Assembly (NCBI GenBank): GCA_965238175.1
Contig: CBDEGZ010000003.1
Coordinates: forward strand, 2,784,001 to 2,848,000
DNA length: 64,000 nt
Reading direction: 5' to 3'
DNA from: Gammaproteobacteria bacterium
GTDB taxonomy: Bacteria; Pseudomonadota; Gammaproteobacteria; CAJXQU01
The stretch's first letter is position 1. Each line of letters begins with the position of its first letter. A program made the translations under genes and the position numbers. This document shows, piece by piece, positions 9,365 through 20,645 of the stretch. The notes beneath the pieces are model-generated. The model saw only the letters and a program-made list of their open reading frames with translations, was not told the origin of the DNA and did not search any database.

Positions 9365-11710
9365 TTATTTCTTCAAAGCCTGTTGCAACGCTGAAGCAAA
9401 GGCCGTGTTGCCAGGCGGTTTTGCCTGGTTATTTTTATTTGATTGATTAGGCTTTCTATTATTTTTTTTGCGATCTGGCTTCCTACTTGTTGGTACTGGC
9501 ACTGACACTTTCTTTTCATTATCAGCCCTATCAGTCGAGACTTCTTTCTTCATCGTCAAAGCAATTCGCTTACGTTTTTCATCTACTTCTGTAACGCGGA
9601 CTTTTACTATGTCACCTGCTTTCACCACTTCATTCGGATCTTTGACGAAGCGATCTGCTAGTTGTGAAACGTGCACAAGACCATCTTGATGTACGCCAAT
9701 ATCAACGAACGCACCGAAGTTGGTGACATTGGTGACAACACCTTCCAGTTGCATACCAATTTCTAGATCAGTAAGTTTTTCGACACCTTCTGAGAATTCT
9801 GCCGTTTTGAATTCAGGGCGAGGATCGCGCCCAGGTTTTTCCAGTTCCGCAATAATATCGACAATCGTCGGCACACCAAATTGTTCATCTGTGTAGTCGG
9901 AGGCTTTAAGGCTTTTCAAGAACTGGCTGTCGCCGATCAGATCTGTAATCTCTCGGGATTGCTGTTGCGAGATTTTTGTAACGACAGGATAAGCTTCTGG
10001 ATGAACGGCTGATGCATCTAGGGGATTGTCTCCTTTGCGTATTCTTAAAAAACCGGCCGCTTGTTCATAGGCTTTTGGACCTAATCGGGGAATACTGAGA
10101 AACTCTTTACGGTTTTTAAAGGCGCCATTAGCATCTCGATATTCGACCATATTTTGTGCGAGGGTTTCGTTGAGACCAGACACTTGTTTTAGCAATGCGG
10201 CAGAAGCAATATTCACATCTACGCCAACCGCATTTACACAGTTTTCGACGACGCCTTCTAGTGATCGCGCCAGTTGGGTTTGATTTACATCATGTTGATA
10301 TTGACCTACGCCAATTGCTTTTGGATCAATTTTAACCAACTCGGGCAGAGGATCTTGTAACCGTCGAGCAATCGAAACTGCGCCACGAATTGATACATCG
10401 AGATCCGGAAATTCTTTGGCTGCTATTTCAGAAGCGGAATAAACGGATGCACCCGCTTCTGACACCATCAATTTTTGCAGATCGAGATCAGGGTTTAGTT
10501 TAATCAAATCCGCAGCCAGTTTGTCGGTTTCTCGTGAGGCGGTTCCATTTCCAATACTGATCAAACTAATGGAATGTTTTTTGATCAATTTAGTTAAGGT
10601 TGCAAGCGATGCATCCCACTGTTTTTTTGGTGCATGTGGGTAGATGGTATCGAAATCAACTACTTTGCCGGTGGTATTGACTACAGCGACTTTGACGCCA
10701 GTACGAATACCCGGATCTAATCCTAACGTTGCTTTTGCACCGGCGGGTGGAGCGAGCAATAGTGCATTTAGATTAACCGAAAATACGCGGATGGCTTCTT
10801 CTTCAGCTTGTTCACGCAGACGCATTTTGAGATCTAAATCTAAATGCGTACGGACTTTAACTTTCCAGGCCCATTCGACTACTTCTTGTAACCAGCTATC
10901 TGCTGCACGGCCTTTGTCTTCGATATTGAATGTGTTAGCGATATCGGTAATCGCCGGATGTGTGGCCCGATATGTAGCTAGACCTTCGACAGGGATATCC
11001 AAATTGAGCATTAAGATCCCCTCATTACGGCCACGGAAGATGGCCAGTGCGCGGTGCGGCGGGACCTTATTGATAGCTTCACTGTATTCAAAGTAATCCG
11101 AAAACTTTTGGCCTTCCTGTTCTTTTCCTGCGATCACTTGTGAAGTGAGGATCCCTTGTTTCCAGAGTTGTTCGCGTAAACGACCGATGAGTTCAGCATT
11201 TTCGGAAAACTGTTCCATCAATATTTGTTTAGCGCCATCTAATGCATCTTTGATTTCGTTGATTTTTTGATCAGGTGCGAGAAATTTTGCGGCTTCTACT
11301 TCAGGATCATGTGTTGGATCTTCAAACAATAATTGAGCAAGTGGTTCAAGCCCAGCTTCTCGTGCGATTTGCGCTTTGGTGCGGCGTTTAGGCTTATAAG
11401 GCAGGTAGAGATCTTCCAGCTTGGTTTTGGTTTCAGCAGCCTCAAGAGAATCACACAGTTCCTCGGTTAATTTTCCTTGCTCATCAATACTTTTCAGGAT
11501 CGTTTCCCGACGTTCCTCCAACTCTCTTAAATATCGCAACCTTTCTTCAAGATTGCGTAGTTGCGTATCGTCTAAGCCACCGGTTTTTTCTTTTCTATAG
11601 CGAGAAATAAACGGAACGGTTGATCCTTCATCTAATAGTTCTATAGCAGCACTGGTTTGTTTCGGTGAGACATTGAGTTCTTGTGCGATCTGAGCAGAGA
11701 TATTCAACAT
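9365..11710 (-). CDS. tex: Tex-family transcription accessory protein (YqgF, HhH, S1)
   Basis: [31 protein letters not shown]1 domain [16 protein letters not shown]. Confidence 0.95.
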   Translation of the reverse strand: MLNISAQIAQELNVSPKQTSAAIELLDEGSTVPFISRYRKEKTGGLDDTQLRNLEERLRYLRELEERRETILKSIDEQGKLTEELCDSLEAAETKTKLEDLYLPYKPKRRTKAQIAREAGLEPLAQLLFEDPTHDPEVEAAKFLAPDQKINEIKDALDGAKQILMEQFSENAELIGRLREQLWKQGILTSQVIAGKEQEGQKFSDYFEYSEAINKVPPHRALAIFRGRNEGILMLNLDIPVEGLATYRATHPAITDIANTFNIEDKGRAADSWLQEVVEWAWKVKVRTHLDLDLKMRLREQAEEEAIRVFSVNLNALLLAPPAGAKATLGLDPGIRTGVKVAVVNTTGKVVDFDTIYPHAPKKQWDASLATLTKLIKKHSISLISIGNGTASRETDKLAADLIKLNPDLDLQKLMVSEAGASVYSASEIAAKEFPDLDVSIRGAVSIARRLQDPLPELVKIDPKAIGVGQYQHDVNQTQLARSLEGVVENCVNAVGVDVNIASAALLKQVSGLNETLAQNMVEYRDANGAFKNRKEFLSIPRLGPKAYEQAAGFLRIRKGDNPLDASAVHPEAYPVVTKISQQQSREITDLIGDSQFLKSLKASDYTDEQFGVPTIVDIIAELEKPGRDPRPEFKTAEFSEGVEKLTDLEIGMQLEGVVTNVTNFGAFVDIGVHQDGLVHVSQLADRFVKDPNEVVKAGDIVKVRVTEVDEKRKRIALTMKKEVSTDRADNEKKVSVPVPTSRKPDRKKNNRKPNQSNKNNQAKPPGNTAFASALQQALKK

Positions 11711-11864
11711 TGAGGTTGGTGATCCTTAAGGAGCTAGAAAAGGCTGCCATTATCCTGTTTGTTGAACGATCAATAAACCATTATTTTGAGATCCCTGGGT
11801 TGATTTCTCGGATTAATTATTATGAAAATGACTTCTCAGAGTAGATCTAAAGCTAAACGACTTG

Positions 11865-12097
11865 GTGATTGCTAAAAAATAATTGGAGTTAAAAACAATT
11901 AATTGAGATTACCAATGATTCGCTTAGGCAATTTTTTCCAAAAAAACTTCCGGATTGTGAACTAGAAACAGCTCAAGAATGTCGTGGACAATTTAAATAA
12001 CCGGTCCAGAAAACCAGTCATTATCTAACACCTAATCAGGTATTTAATAATGTCTTTTTCATTTATTTAAGTTGCACTTAACCTACTTGAATTCGAG
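11865..12097 (+). mobile_element. Decayed IS30-family 3' end (transposase C-terminal relic and right IR)
   Basis: Frameshifted TNDSLRQFFPKK...LNNRSRK/TSHYLTPNQVF resembles IS30 ENTNGLLRQYFPK...LNNRPRK.L...TP.EVF; IR-like GTTGCACTTAACCTACTTGAATTCGAG at 12071-12097. Confidence 0.75.
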
Positions 12098-12098
12098 T

Positions 12099-12683
12099 TT
12101 AATTCTCAGTACCAAAGAAAAATGTTTGGAATAAGCGGCCATCTTGTACATCACTACCGAAATAGTCCAGTGATGTATGGAAGTTATCTCCACGATATAA
12201 GATCAGTCTGTTGTATTTGTTACCGACAAAGTCTGTCATCTCCCATTTAGTCATATCCTGAGAATCTTTATAGATCTCATCCATTACTTCTTTGTTGTAT
12301 GAACCATCAACGTTTTTTACAGCCATTTCAAGACCCGTTTCTTTATGCCGGAATAAACCAGTACCACCAGTTAATGGAGCATCCGGAGTTAAATATAGAA
12401 CCCCTGCCCAAGTTGTAGTTTGATCAGCATGAACCCATGAACGATCTCTTTGAGTTGTATATTGAAATGCTCCAGTGTACTCACAAGATTCCCACATTGT
12501 GATTTCACCAGCATAAGGTTTGATAATATCACTGATGAGATTCTTAACTTGATCATTCTTTACAGGGACAGTTCTTTGACCTGGGTAATTACCTCTAACG
12601 CCAAATTCCATACCTAACGCCATCTCTCTTACTTCGTCGACATCTTCATAGAAGTTTTCGACACAAATACTATTTACATGCAT
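12099..12683 (-). CDS. DUF6445-like 2OG-Fe(II) oxygenase-fold protein
   Basis: VENFYEDVDEVR, GNYPGQRT, WVHAD, AGVLYLTP, GTGLFRH, NRLILYRG..FH, RLFQTFF (HxD...H...R). Confidence 0.75.
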   Translation of the reverse strand: MHVNSICVENFYEDVDEVREMALGMEFGVRGNYPGQRTVPVKNDQVKNLISDIIKPYAGEITMWESCEYTGAFQYTTQRDRSWVHADQTTTWAGVLYLTPDAPLTGGTGLFRHKETGLEMAVKNVDGSYNKEVMDEIYKDSQDMTKWEMTDFVGNKYNRLILYRGDNFHTSLDYFGSDVQDGRLFQTFFFGTEN

Positions 12684-13201
12684 TGCTAATTCCTTTTATT
12701 TGCTTCTGTTATTTCACCGTTAGTATTGTCAAATATAACTACGGCTTGATTTCCGTTAAGTGCATCAATGCGTTCAATCTTTTTTCAAGTAACCATTAAC
12801 TTTCTACCTAGCTCAAACGCTTTATGCATATCCTTTTTAACTGTGATCAATGCAACCATATAATCACTATAAAATTTATACACGTTGATTTCAGCGCATC
12901 ACCAATAACATAATTATACTATTATCTTCTGTTGTAACTTGCACTGTTTGATAGGAATCATTGTAATTGAGGCACACCCAACGATATTAATTAGTTAAGG
13001 CTGCCAATCATGATGAGTTTTATGAATCCATTCATATTTCGACTACTTCAATAATTATTTTTAGAATAATCATTGTAAGTATGCTCAGTTGTAATATAAC
13101 TAAACTTACTGATAATCGAATGTGTATTTTAATATGAATGTAAATTAATTTATAGCCTAGCTGGATACTTTACCTCACTTTTTTACAGTTTATTGAAACA
13201 A

Positions 13202-13370
13202 TTCGAATTCAAGCAATAAGTGCAATTTAACTTAAATAACCCTCAGTTCGATGTATAGACTCTCCCACCTTACAGTCGTAAATTGATGTCTACAAAAACC
13301 AAAAGAGTCCAACCATGAATAATTGACCAATCATTTCACTCAATTTAGCAAAAAAACGATCCAAAATTGT
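13202..13370 (+). mobile_element. Probable decayed IS30-family left end
   Basis: TTCGAATTCAAGCAATAAGTGCAAT (13202-13226) is an inverted match to the 12071-12097 IR; weak tnp-start-like relic near 13315. Confidence 0.5.
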
Positions 13371-13451
13371 CAAGTCAATAAACAATGAAGTACCACATTA
13401 TTGAATGTTGCTACGATGCTTTCCCTGTCAATTTTAGGTTAAAATTTATGA

Positions 13452-14228
13452 TCATCCGGCCGACAATCCTAATGTATCGTCATTTAGTTTCTGTTCGGAT
13501 TTCTGACAAGGAATAACAATATCTTCTAGTTTTTTTATGTCGAGAATTTTTACATTACGGTAGTCGACCTTGAGTATCCCTTTATTATCAAAACTCGTTA
13601 ATTGACGACTAACCGTTTCCGTTGTAATGCCGAGAAAATTGGAAATATCGTTCCTGGACATGCTTAAGTTAAATTCGGTCGCTGAAAAACCCCTTTCAGA
13701 AAATCTCCTCGAAAGACTGAGCAAAAAAGCAGCAAGCCGTTCTCTGGCTGTTCTTGTACCTAGCAGCAAGTGAATATCGCGATCATCCGATAACTCTTTT
13801 CCTAACAAGCGCATCATTTGTCGTTGCAAGCTTGGTAAGGTCGCACACAACTCTTGCAAACGATCAAATGGGAGTTCACAAACCGACGTCATTTCAAGCG
13901 CCATAGTCGTACAACCATGACTGCTGTTCTCTAATCCGTCTAGCCCTACCAATTCTCCCGGCAGATAAAATCCTAGCGTTTGTTCAGTACCATCTTCTGT
14001 AACAGTATAACTTCGCAATGAACCAGAATGGACAGCAAACAGGCTGTGTAAGCTATCCCCCTGGTGATATAAAACATCACCACGCGAAAGAGGCCGCCCT
14101 CGACCAACGATAGTATCCAGTCTTTCCATCTCAGAGCTTAGCAAGCCTCTTGGCAAACAAATCTCACTCAATCGGCAATTTTGACATGCAACTTTTAGTC
14201 GTTTTATATTGATTACAGATTCATGCAT
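13452..14228 (-). CDS. fnr: FNR/Anr oxygen-sensing regulator
   Basis: N-terminal CxxC...C cluster, GELVGLDG, SVCE, HTH ETVSR. Confidence 0.93.
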   Translation of the reverse strand: MHESVINIKRLKVACQNCRLSEICLPRGLLSSEMERLDTIVGRGRPLSRGDVLYHQGDSLHSLFAVHSGSLRSYTVTEDGTEQTLGFYLPGELVGLDGLENSSHGCTTMALEMTSVCELPFDRLQELCATLPSLQRQMMRLLGKELSDDRDIHLLLGTRTARERLAAFLLSLSRRFSERGFSATEFNLSMSRNDISNFLGITTETVSRQLTSFDNKGILKVDYRNVKILDIKKLEDIVIPCQKSEQKLNDDTLGLSAG

Positions 14229-14561
14229 TCGCTCTCTATCTCCCTGGCTTAAAAGAAAACCGACTAACTTGATCCTAAGTTCAATCCTATTCCTATTTTT
14301 ATTCTTTACAATGTGTTATTAATTAAACATCTTGTTTCTCAATAAGTAACAAATTTAGGGGTTCACCCTTTCTTATCGCTCTATTTTATACTATCCATGA
14401 ACAACGAAGAATATCTAATGGCACTGACAATCAGATTAAGTGAGGAAAAATGCTTTGAAGAAGGTTTTCAATCGCCTAAATTATGCTTTTGACAGGCCCA
14501 AATTATAAAATCAGTAATATAGCAAGCTCTTTCGAGCTTGAAGAATTGAAATGTCTTGAAT

Positions 14562-14705
14562 AAAAAAAACATCGCTACAGCCAGAATCTAAACTTATTTA
14601 GTCTGACTATAACGATGTGATCACAAACTTGTTTTTGAGCAAAAATCTAATTGTTCTCAGACGTGTGATCAGTATTGGGATGCTCCCAGCGTAAATGGGA
14701 GCGTT
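14562..14705 (-). ncRNA. Candidate structured sRNA or leader with intrinsic terminator
   Basis: Three adjacent hairpins; the last has a 16-bp stem with three G-U pairs on the minus strand and is followed by U8. Confidence 0.45.
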
Positions 14706-14734
14706 GATTTGAACATATAGGAAAAATGAAAATA

Positions 14735-14748
14735 GTGATGTAGATCAA
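14735..14748. promoter_or_regulatory. FNR-like box GTGAT-GTAG-ATCAA
   Basis: One mismatch to TTGAT-N4-ATCAA. Confidence 0.6.
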
Positions 14749-14819
14749 TTATTCTCCATTTAGATAAAATCGAGTTCAAAACTAGTTGTACTAACTCACT
14801 ACATGTGTAAATTTAATCT

Positions 14820-15548
14820 ATGAACAATGAATTTTCTTATGTTGTACTTTTCACTCTCGGTTTATTCAGCAGCTTCCACTGCATCGGCATGTGTGGCGGG
14901 GTAATCAGCGCATTAACATTTGGATTGGATCAGAAAATTCGTGACGATAAAGTGACACTTGCTGTATATCTATTTGCTTATAATTTTGGTCGTCTCTTTA
15001 GCTATTTCGTTGCTGGTCTCATTGTAGGTTATATAGGCACAACGATAGTCGGTGTGATAGGAATGAGTTCGGCTCACCAAACAATAAAAACCTTTTCTGC
15101 AATCATGATAATTCTAATCGGTCTGTACATAGCTGGCTGGTTTCCACAATTCTCCAAAATAGAGCATCTCGGCGTAAAACTGTGGAAAAAAATACAACCT
15201 TTTGGTCAACGCTTGATCCCGGTTAAAACACCAAAACACGCAATCTGTTTTGGAATGATTTGGGGCTGGCTACCTTGTGGGCTGGTATACACCGCATTAT
15301 TGCTAGCCGCTTTAAGTGGCAATGCAATCAACGCGGGCTTAGGCATGCTAGCATTTGGCCTGGGAACAGTACCTGCCGTTATTGGTACGGGACTAATTTC
15401 CGGCAAGCTAAATAATACATTACGTAAACCAACTGTCCGAAAGTTATTTGGGTTTGCAATGATCATTCTGGCTGTCTTGATGATGGCAATACCGATGGAC
15501 CATTCAGATCATGTGATCCAGAAACATCCCAATATGCATCAGCATTGA
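14820..15548 (+). CDS. DsbD_2/TauE-SafE-like cbb3 biogenesis-associated membrane protein
   Basis: SFHCIGMCGG, YNFGRLFSY, GWLPCGLVY, MLAFGLGT; His-rich tail. Confidence 0.85.
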   Translation: MNNEFSYVVLFTLGLFSSFHCIGMCGGVISALTFGLDQKIRDDKVTLAVYLFAYNFGRLFSYFVAGLIVGYIGTTIVGVIGMSSAHQTIKTFSAIMIILIGLYIAGWFPQFSKIEHLGVKLWKKIQPFGQRLIPVKTPKHAICFGMIWGWLPCGLVYTALLLAALSGNAINAGLGMLAFGLGTVPAVIGTGLISGKLNNTLRKPTVRKLFGFAMIILAVLMMAIPMDHSDHVIQKHPNMHQH

Positions 15549-15736
15549 TCTTCATTATTTGAGTTTTCTTGTTCTGAACTAGACGTTGTATCTGGTTTAT
15601 CGTCATCCATAAGAATACGGTGCGCGGGGCCTTCCATATCATCAAATTGACCTGATCGAATAGCCCAAAATAAAACAGCAATAATGACACCAACTAATAT
15701 TAAAGAAAGTGGTATTAGTAAAAAAATAATATTCAT
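15539..15736 (-). CDS. ccoS: cbb3 oxidase maturation protein
   Basis: LIPLS...FWAIRSGQFDDMEGPAHRILMDDD. Confidence 0.93.
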   Translation of the reverse strand: MNIIFLLIPLSLILVGVIIAVLFWAIRSGQFDDMEGPAHRILMDDDKPDTTSSSEQENSNNEDQC

Positions 15737-15739
15737 AAA

Positions 15740-18193
15740 TCAAACAGCCTTTCTGATCCTTAAGGCATTTGTAACAACGATCAATGAGCTCAACGACATT
15801 CCGACTGCTGCCATCCAGGGCTCTAATAATCCAGTCACTGCGAGTGGTAAAGCAATAATATTATAGAGCACTGCCCAGGTAAGATTCTGCTTTATTATTT
15901 TGATGGTTTTTCGGGAAATATCTATAGCTCTGACAATGATAGCAAGCTGATCTCTTAATAAAATAAGATCAGCATTAGCGCGAGTAATTTCTGCGCCACT
16001 GCCCATCGCAATTGAAACCTCTGCTCCTGCTAGCACTGGAGCATCATTTATACCATCACCAACCATTGCGACAATTTCCCCCTGTTGTTGCAACTTCCGT
16101 ATCTCAGTTAGTTTTTGATCTGGTTTCATACCAAACTTAAAGTGATCAATTTTTAATTTTTTTGCCAGTGTTCTCACCACCGCTTCACAATCTCCGGAGC
16201 AAAGTGAAACATTTTTGACTCTTTCTTTTAACATGGAGATCATTTCCATTGCATCAGAACGCATTGCATCCTCGAAAATAAAAACAGCAAGCAATTTATT
16301 TTCATCGGCAAGAAATACATTCGATAAACCTGACATTCCTAATGAATGAATTAATGTTTTTGGTAATGTCGCTTGTGACCCATCCTTAATATGATCCACA
16401 TTACCGATCAAATATTTAACATCCTTAATAACACCGGTAAATCCTGCGCCAGGAGCATTAAATAATTCTTTTGCCTCAAGTAATAATGCTTTGTTATCGA
16501 ACATGGATAAGATTGATTTAGCGATGGGATGTTCGGAATATTGCTCTAATGAAGCCGCAATTTGTAGACATTGTTCTTTTGTCTCCTCTGAAAATATTTC
16601 AATTTTTTTTAATTGCAAATGACCTTTCGTCAGAGTACCCGTTTTATCAAAAACAAAATGATCGACATGAGCAAGTGTTTCTATCGCATGTCCGCGTATA
16701 CCTAAAATACCTGCTTTCATCAGTACATCTGTTGCGACAGTCATCGCGGCAGGAGTTGCCAACGACAGTGCACAAGGACAAGTCACCACCAATATCGACA
16801 ACATGATTTCAAACCAGTGTGGATTACCGATGAACCACCAATAAAAAGAAGTAAGCACTGTAAGACAAATAATGATCGGCACAAACCATGCTGCAGCCCG
16901 ATCGGCTAACTTTGTGATCTCGGGCTTTTCCATTTGTGACTGTTCCATAAGATGGGTAATACGAGACAGCAAACTATCCTTGCCAATAGAGTCAACAATG
17001 ATTTGTAATGGGCTTTCAACATTAATACTTCCACCAATAACCTGATCGTCAATACTTTTCACTATAGGCACACTTTCACCCGTTAATATTGATTCATTAA
17101 TGCTGGATCGCCCTTCGACAATATGACCATCAGCAGGAATTTTTTCACCCGCTAGCACCAGAACACGATCACCGATATTTAAACGTGCTACCGGGATACA
17201 CTCTTGCAAATTATTGTTGATTCGTACTGCTGTGCTTGGCGTCAAATAGATCAGGTTTTCTGATGTTTCGGATGCTTTTTTACGCGAGATCAACTCCAAG
17301 TATCGTGCCGTTAACAAAAAGAAATTAAACATAACTACAGAATCAAAATAGATCTCGCCAGAACCTGTTATGGTTGCTTTCACACTGCCCAGAAAGGCAA
17401 TCAATATTCCTAAAGAAACAGGAACGTCCATTCCTAATTTTCGATGTTTTAAGGCACGTATTGCGGGATCAAAAAAGGCTCTGGATGAAAATACTACGAC
17501 TGGCACTGTTAAGAATAAACTTACCCAACGAAAGAAATGTTGGTACTTGTAACCATCTCCTAAAAAATCCCCACTGTATAAAGCAATTGCCAACATCATC
17601 ACTTGCACTCCCATGATTCCGGCAATTCCAAGTTGTTGTAATAGACGTTTTTGCTCGCTCTCTATGAGATGCTGATACTGTTCCGAATTGTAGGGATAAG
17701 CTTTGTAACCAATAGCATGAATCGCCTTCAAAATTCCACTGAACTTAACCGTGTTTTCATTCCACTTAACATGCAAACGTCGGGTGGAAAAATTTGCTTG
17801 AGCATTAAGGATGCCCGGGGTGTTTTTTAAATGTTGCTCATTCATCCAAACACATGCTGGACAAGTAATTCCTTCAATAATCAATGTCGCTTCGCGTTCA
17901 TCGTGGATCAGTTCAGTGACAAAACTTTTCTGTAATTCAGGTTCATCATAAACCGTTAGTTGCTCTAAAAAATCAGGTAAGACATTCTCGGCAGTCGGGG
18001 CGGACGCAGTGCGATTTCGATAAAAACCTCCCAAACCTGAAGCAACAATAATTTCCGCTACCGCTTGGCACCCCGCGCAACACATCGATCGATTCAGACC
18101 GTCAATACTTACTTGCAGCTCCAGATCCGTAGAAACAGGCAACCCACAGTGATAGCAAATTTGATCGTGTAAAGCGTCATCCATTCGTAACAT
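15740..18193 (-). CDS. ccoI: Copper P1B-type ATPase for cbb3 assembly (start 18184-18208 uncertain)
   Basis: CYHCG, CCAGC, CPAC, TGES, CPCALSLATP, DKTGT, GDGINDAP. Confidence 0.93.
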   Translation of the reverse strand: MLRMDDALHDQICYHCGLPVSTDLELQVSIDGLNRSMCCAGCQAVAEIIVASGLGGFYRNRTASAPTAENVLPDFLEQLTVYDEPELQKSFVTELIHDEREATLIIEGITCPACVWMNEQHLKNTPGILNAQANFSTRRLHVKWNENTVKFSGILKAIHAIGYKAYPYNSEQYQHLIESEQKRLLQQLGIAGIMGVQVMMLAIALYSGDFLGDGYKYQHFFRWVSLFLTVPVVVFSSRAFFDPAIRALKHRKLGMDVPVSLGILIAFLGSVKATITGSGEIYFDSVVMFNFFLLTARYLELISRKKASETSENLIYLTPSTAVRINNNLQECIPVARLNIGDRVLVLAGEKIPADGHIVEGRSSINESILTGESVPIVKSIDDQVIGGSINVESPLQIIVDSIGKDSLLSRITHLMEQSQMEKPEITKLADRAAAWFVPIIICLTVLTSFYWWFIGNPHWFEIMLSILVVTCPCALSLATPAAMTVATDVLMKAGILGIRGHAIETLAHVDHFVFDKTGTLTKGHLQLKKIEIFSEETKEQCLQIAASLEQYSEHPIAKSILSMFDNKALLLEAKELFNAPGAGFTGVIKDVKYLIGNVDHIKDGSQATLPKTLIHSLGMSGLSNVFLADENKLLAVFIFEDAMRSDAMEMISMLKERVKNVSLCSGDCEAVVRTLAKKLKIDHFKFGMKPDQKLTEIRKLQQQGEIVAMVGDGINDAPVLAGAEVSIAMGSGAEITRANADLILLRDQLAIIVRAIDISRKTIKIIKQNLTWAVLYNIIALPLAVTGLLEPWMAAVGMSLSSLIVVTNALRIRKAV

Positions 18194-18247
18194 TTTGCCT
18201 GATCCCAAAGTAACAGGATAACAACAAGCTCAAAAACTGCATGTTCT

Positions 18248-18261
18248 TTGATTTAGATCAA
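18248..18261. promoter_or_regulatory. Consensus FNR box between divergent ccoI and ccoN
   Basis: TTGAT-TTAG-ATCAA; -10-like AATAAT at 18283-18288 gives class II spacing for ccoN. Confidence 0.9.
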
Positions 18262-18393
18262 ATTTGTTTTATGAATTATGCCAATAATGCTTATTGGTTC
18301 ATATATTGAGCTTAAGCAGATCAGATTCAGATCAAATAGTTCAAACACTATTGCTTGACTCTGTTAATGATAATTTTTCCAAGGAGTGGCTCT

Positions 18394-19815
18394 ATGGCCG
18401 AGCAAGAAACCTATAATTACAAAATCGTACGGCAATTTGCCATTATGACTATCGTCTGGGGTATTGTCGGCATGTTTGTTGGCGTTTTTATCGCCGCACA
18501 ACTGACATGGCCTGCTTTGAATTTTGATATTCCTTACCTGACGTTTGGCCGTTTAAGGCCATTGCATACCAATGCAGTCGTCTTTGCATTTGGTGGATCA
18601 GCATTATTTGCCACATCGTATTATATCGTTCAGCGTACATGCCATGTTCGTCTCTTTTGTGACAAGTTAGCCGCTTTTACATTTTGGGGCTGGCAGACAG
18701 TCATCGTGTTGGCTGCGATCACGCTCCCACTCGGAATTACCAGTTCAAAAGAGTATGCAGAGCTTGAATGGCCAATAGATATTTTAATCACCTTAGTCTG
18801 GATTTCTTATGCGCTTGTTTTTTTCGGCACAATCACGAAAAGACGAATCAAGCATATCTACGTTTCTAACTGGTTTTTTGGTGCTTTCATCATTACCGTT
18901 GCAATGTTGCATGTGGTCAATAGTGCTGCCATTCCGATTTCTCTAACAAAATCCTATTCGGCTTACGCCGGTGTTCAAGATGCGATGATTCAATGGTGGT
19001 ATGGCCATAATGCCGTTGGGTTTTTCCTGACATCAGGCTTCCTTGGGATAATGTATTACTTTATTCCTAAGCAGGCAGAACGACCGGTTTATTCATACCG
19101 ACTTTCTATTGTTCATTTCTGGGCACTCACATTTACCTATATCTGGGCAGGACCACACCATTTGCATTACACCGCCCTGCCTGACTGGGCTCAGTCATTA
19201 GGAATGGTGATGTCCCTGATTCTGTTAGCGCCCTCATGGGGAGGAATGATCAACGGCATGATGACTTTGTCTGGCGCCTGGGATAAATTACGAACCGATC
19301 CTATTCTGCGATTTTTGATCGTCTCAGTCTCTTTCTACGGCATGTCTACATTTGAAGGTCCCATGATGGCGATCAAAACTGTGAATGCCCTCTCTCATTA
19401 CACCGACTGGACAATCGGACATGTGCATTCCGGCGCATTAGGCTGGGTGGCAATGGTTTCGATCGGCAGTATGTATTATTTAATACCGCGTCTTTTTAAT
19501 CGTGAAATTTATAGCACTTATTTGATCGAAGTCCATTTCTGGGTTTCTACCGTGGGTATTGTTCTGTACATCGTCGCCATGTGGGTTTCAGGGATTATGC
19601 AGGGCTTGATGTGGCGTGCAGTAAATGACGACGGCACATTGACTTATAACTTTGTTGAAACGGTAGAAGCCATGCATCCATTTTATTTAATCAGAACGCT
19701 GGGGGGATTCTTGTTCTTCGCCGGGATGTTGATAATGACCTTTAATCTCTGGAAAACGATTAAGGGTGCAACACCTGCAGAATCTCAAATTCCTAACCCA
19801 GTCATGGCTCACTAA
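18394..19815 (+). CDS. ccoN: cbb3-type cytochrome c oxidase subunit I
   Basis: [34 protein letters not shown]; AAGGAG RBS before ATG 18394. Confidence 0.97.
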   Translation: MAEQETYNYKIVRQFAIMTIVWGIVGMFVGVFIAAQLTWPALNFDIPYLTFGRLRPLHTNAVVFAFGGSALFATSYYIVQRTCHVRLFCDKLAAFTFWGWQTVIVLAAITLPLGITSSKEYAELEWPIDILITLVWISYALVFFGTITKRRIKHIYVSNWFFGAFIITVAMLHVVNSAAIPISLTKSYSAYAGVQDAMIQWWYGHNAVGFFLTSGFLGIMYYFIPKQAERPVYSYRLSIVHFWALTFTYIWAGPHHLHYTALPDWAQSLGMVMSLILLAPSWGGMINGMMTLSGAWDKLRTDPILRFLIVSVSFYGMSTFEGPMMAIKTVNALSHYTDWTIGHVHSGALGWVAMVSIGSMYYLIPRLFNREIYSTYLIEVHFWVSTVGIVLYIVAMWVSGIMQGLMWRAVNDDGTLTYNFVETVEAMHPFYLIRTLGGFLFFAGMLIMTFNLWKTIKGATPAESQIPNPVMAH

Positions 19816-19827
19816 AGGAGATCCGGT

Positions 19828-20442
19828 ATGGCTTTCACCCATGAAAAAATAGAGACAAATATCGGCCTAATGATCATTCTGGTTCTAATTACAGTCAGTA
19901 TTGGCGGCATGGTTCAGATTGTCCCACTATTTTTTATGCATTCAACCACAGAACCCGTTGAGGGCTTGCAACCTTATTCAGCATTACAACTTGCCGGGCG
20001 TGATATCTATGTTCGAGAAGGTTGTTATCTCTGCCATTCACAAATGATTCGCCCCTTCCGAGCCGAAACAGAACGCTATGGTCATTACTCTCTCGCCGGT
20101 GAGTTTGTTTACGATAGACCGTTTCAATGGGGTTCAAAACGAACGGGGCCTGATCTGCATCGTGTAGGAGGTCGATACAGTGACGAGTGGCATCGTGACC
20201 ATCTAATTGCACCACGAGATCTGGTTCCTGAATCTGTGATGCCGGGATACCCATGGTTTGCAGATACGCCGGCTGATGCTTCCAACATCAAGAAAAAAAT
20301 GCAAGTTTTACGATCATTGGGAGCGCCATATACTGATGAACAAATCGCAAAAGCACCGTCAGATCTAAAAGATAAAACCGAAATGGATGCCATGATTGCT
20401 TATCTGCAAGGTTTGGGTACATCGGTTAAAACTCGCAGGTAA
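19828..20442 (+). CDS. ccoO: cbb3 oxidase subunit II
   Basis: [24 protein letters not shown]. Confidence 0.97.
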   Translation: MAFTHEKIETNIGLMIILVLITVSIGGMVQIVPLFFMHSTTEPVEGLQPYSALQLAGRDIYVREGCYLCHSQMIRPFRAETERYGHYSLAGEFVYDRPFQWGSKRTGPDLHRVGGRYSDEWHRDHLIAPRDLVPESVMPGYPWFADTPADASNIKKKMQVLRSLGAPYTDEQIAKAPSDLKDKTEMDAMIAYLQGLGTSVKTRR

Positions 20443-20447
20443 ATACC

Positions 20448-20645
20448 ATGCAATATCTCACTACTATTCAATCAATCTGGACACTCATCGTATTTTTGCT
20501 CTTTATTGGCATTGTTTTTTGGGCGTGCAGTGGAAAGAACAAAACCGATTTTGAAGAAGCTGCTCAAATTCCTCTTAACGACGATATTGAAATCGAATCA
20601 AAGAGTAATAAAGAGTCTGATAAAAAGGAGAGTTTAAATGGCTGA
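20448..20645 (+). CDS. ccoQ: cbb3 oxidase subunit CcoQ
   Basis: Single TM helix plus FEEAAQIPLNDD; position in operon. Confidence 0.9.
   Translation: MQYLTTIQSIWTLIVFLLFIGIVFWACSGKNKTDFEEAAQIPLNDDIEIESKSNKESDKKESLNG

Noticed and set aside
14397-14492. 31-codon ORF MNNEEYLMALTIRLSEEK..., reminiscent of a ribbon-helix-helix start and of the MNNEF start at 14820
   Set aside because: Too short, no clear RBS, and the similarity is compatible with chance.
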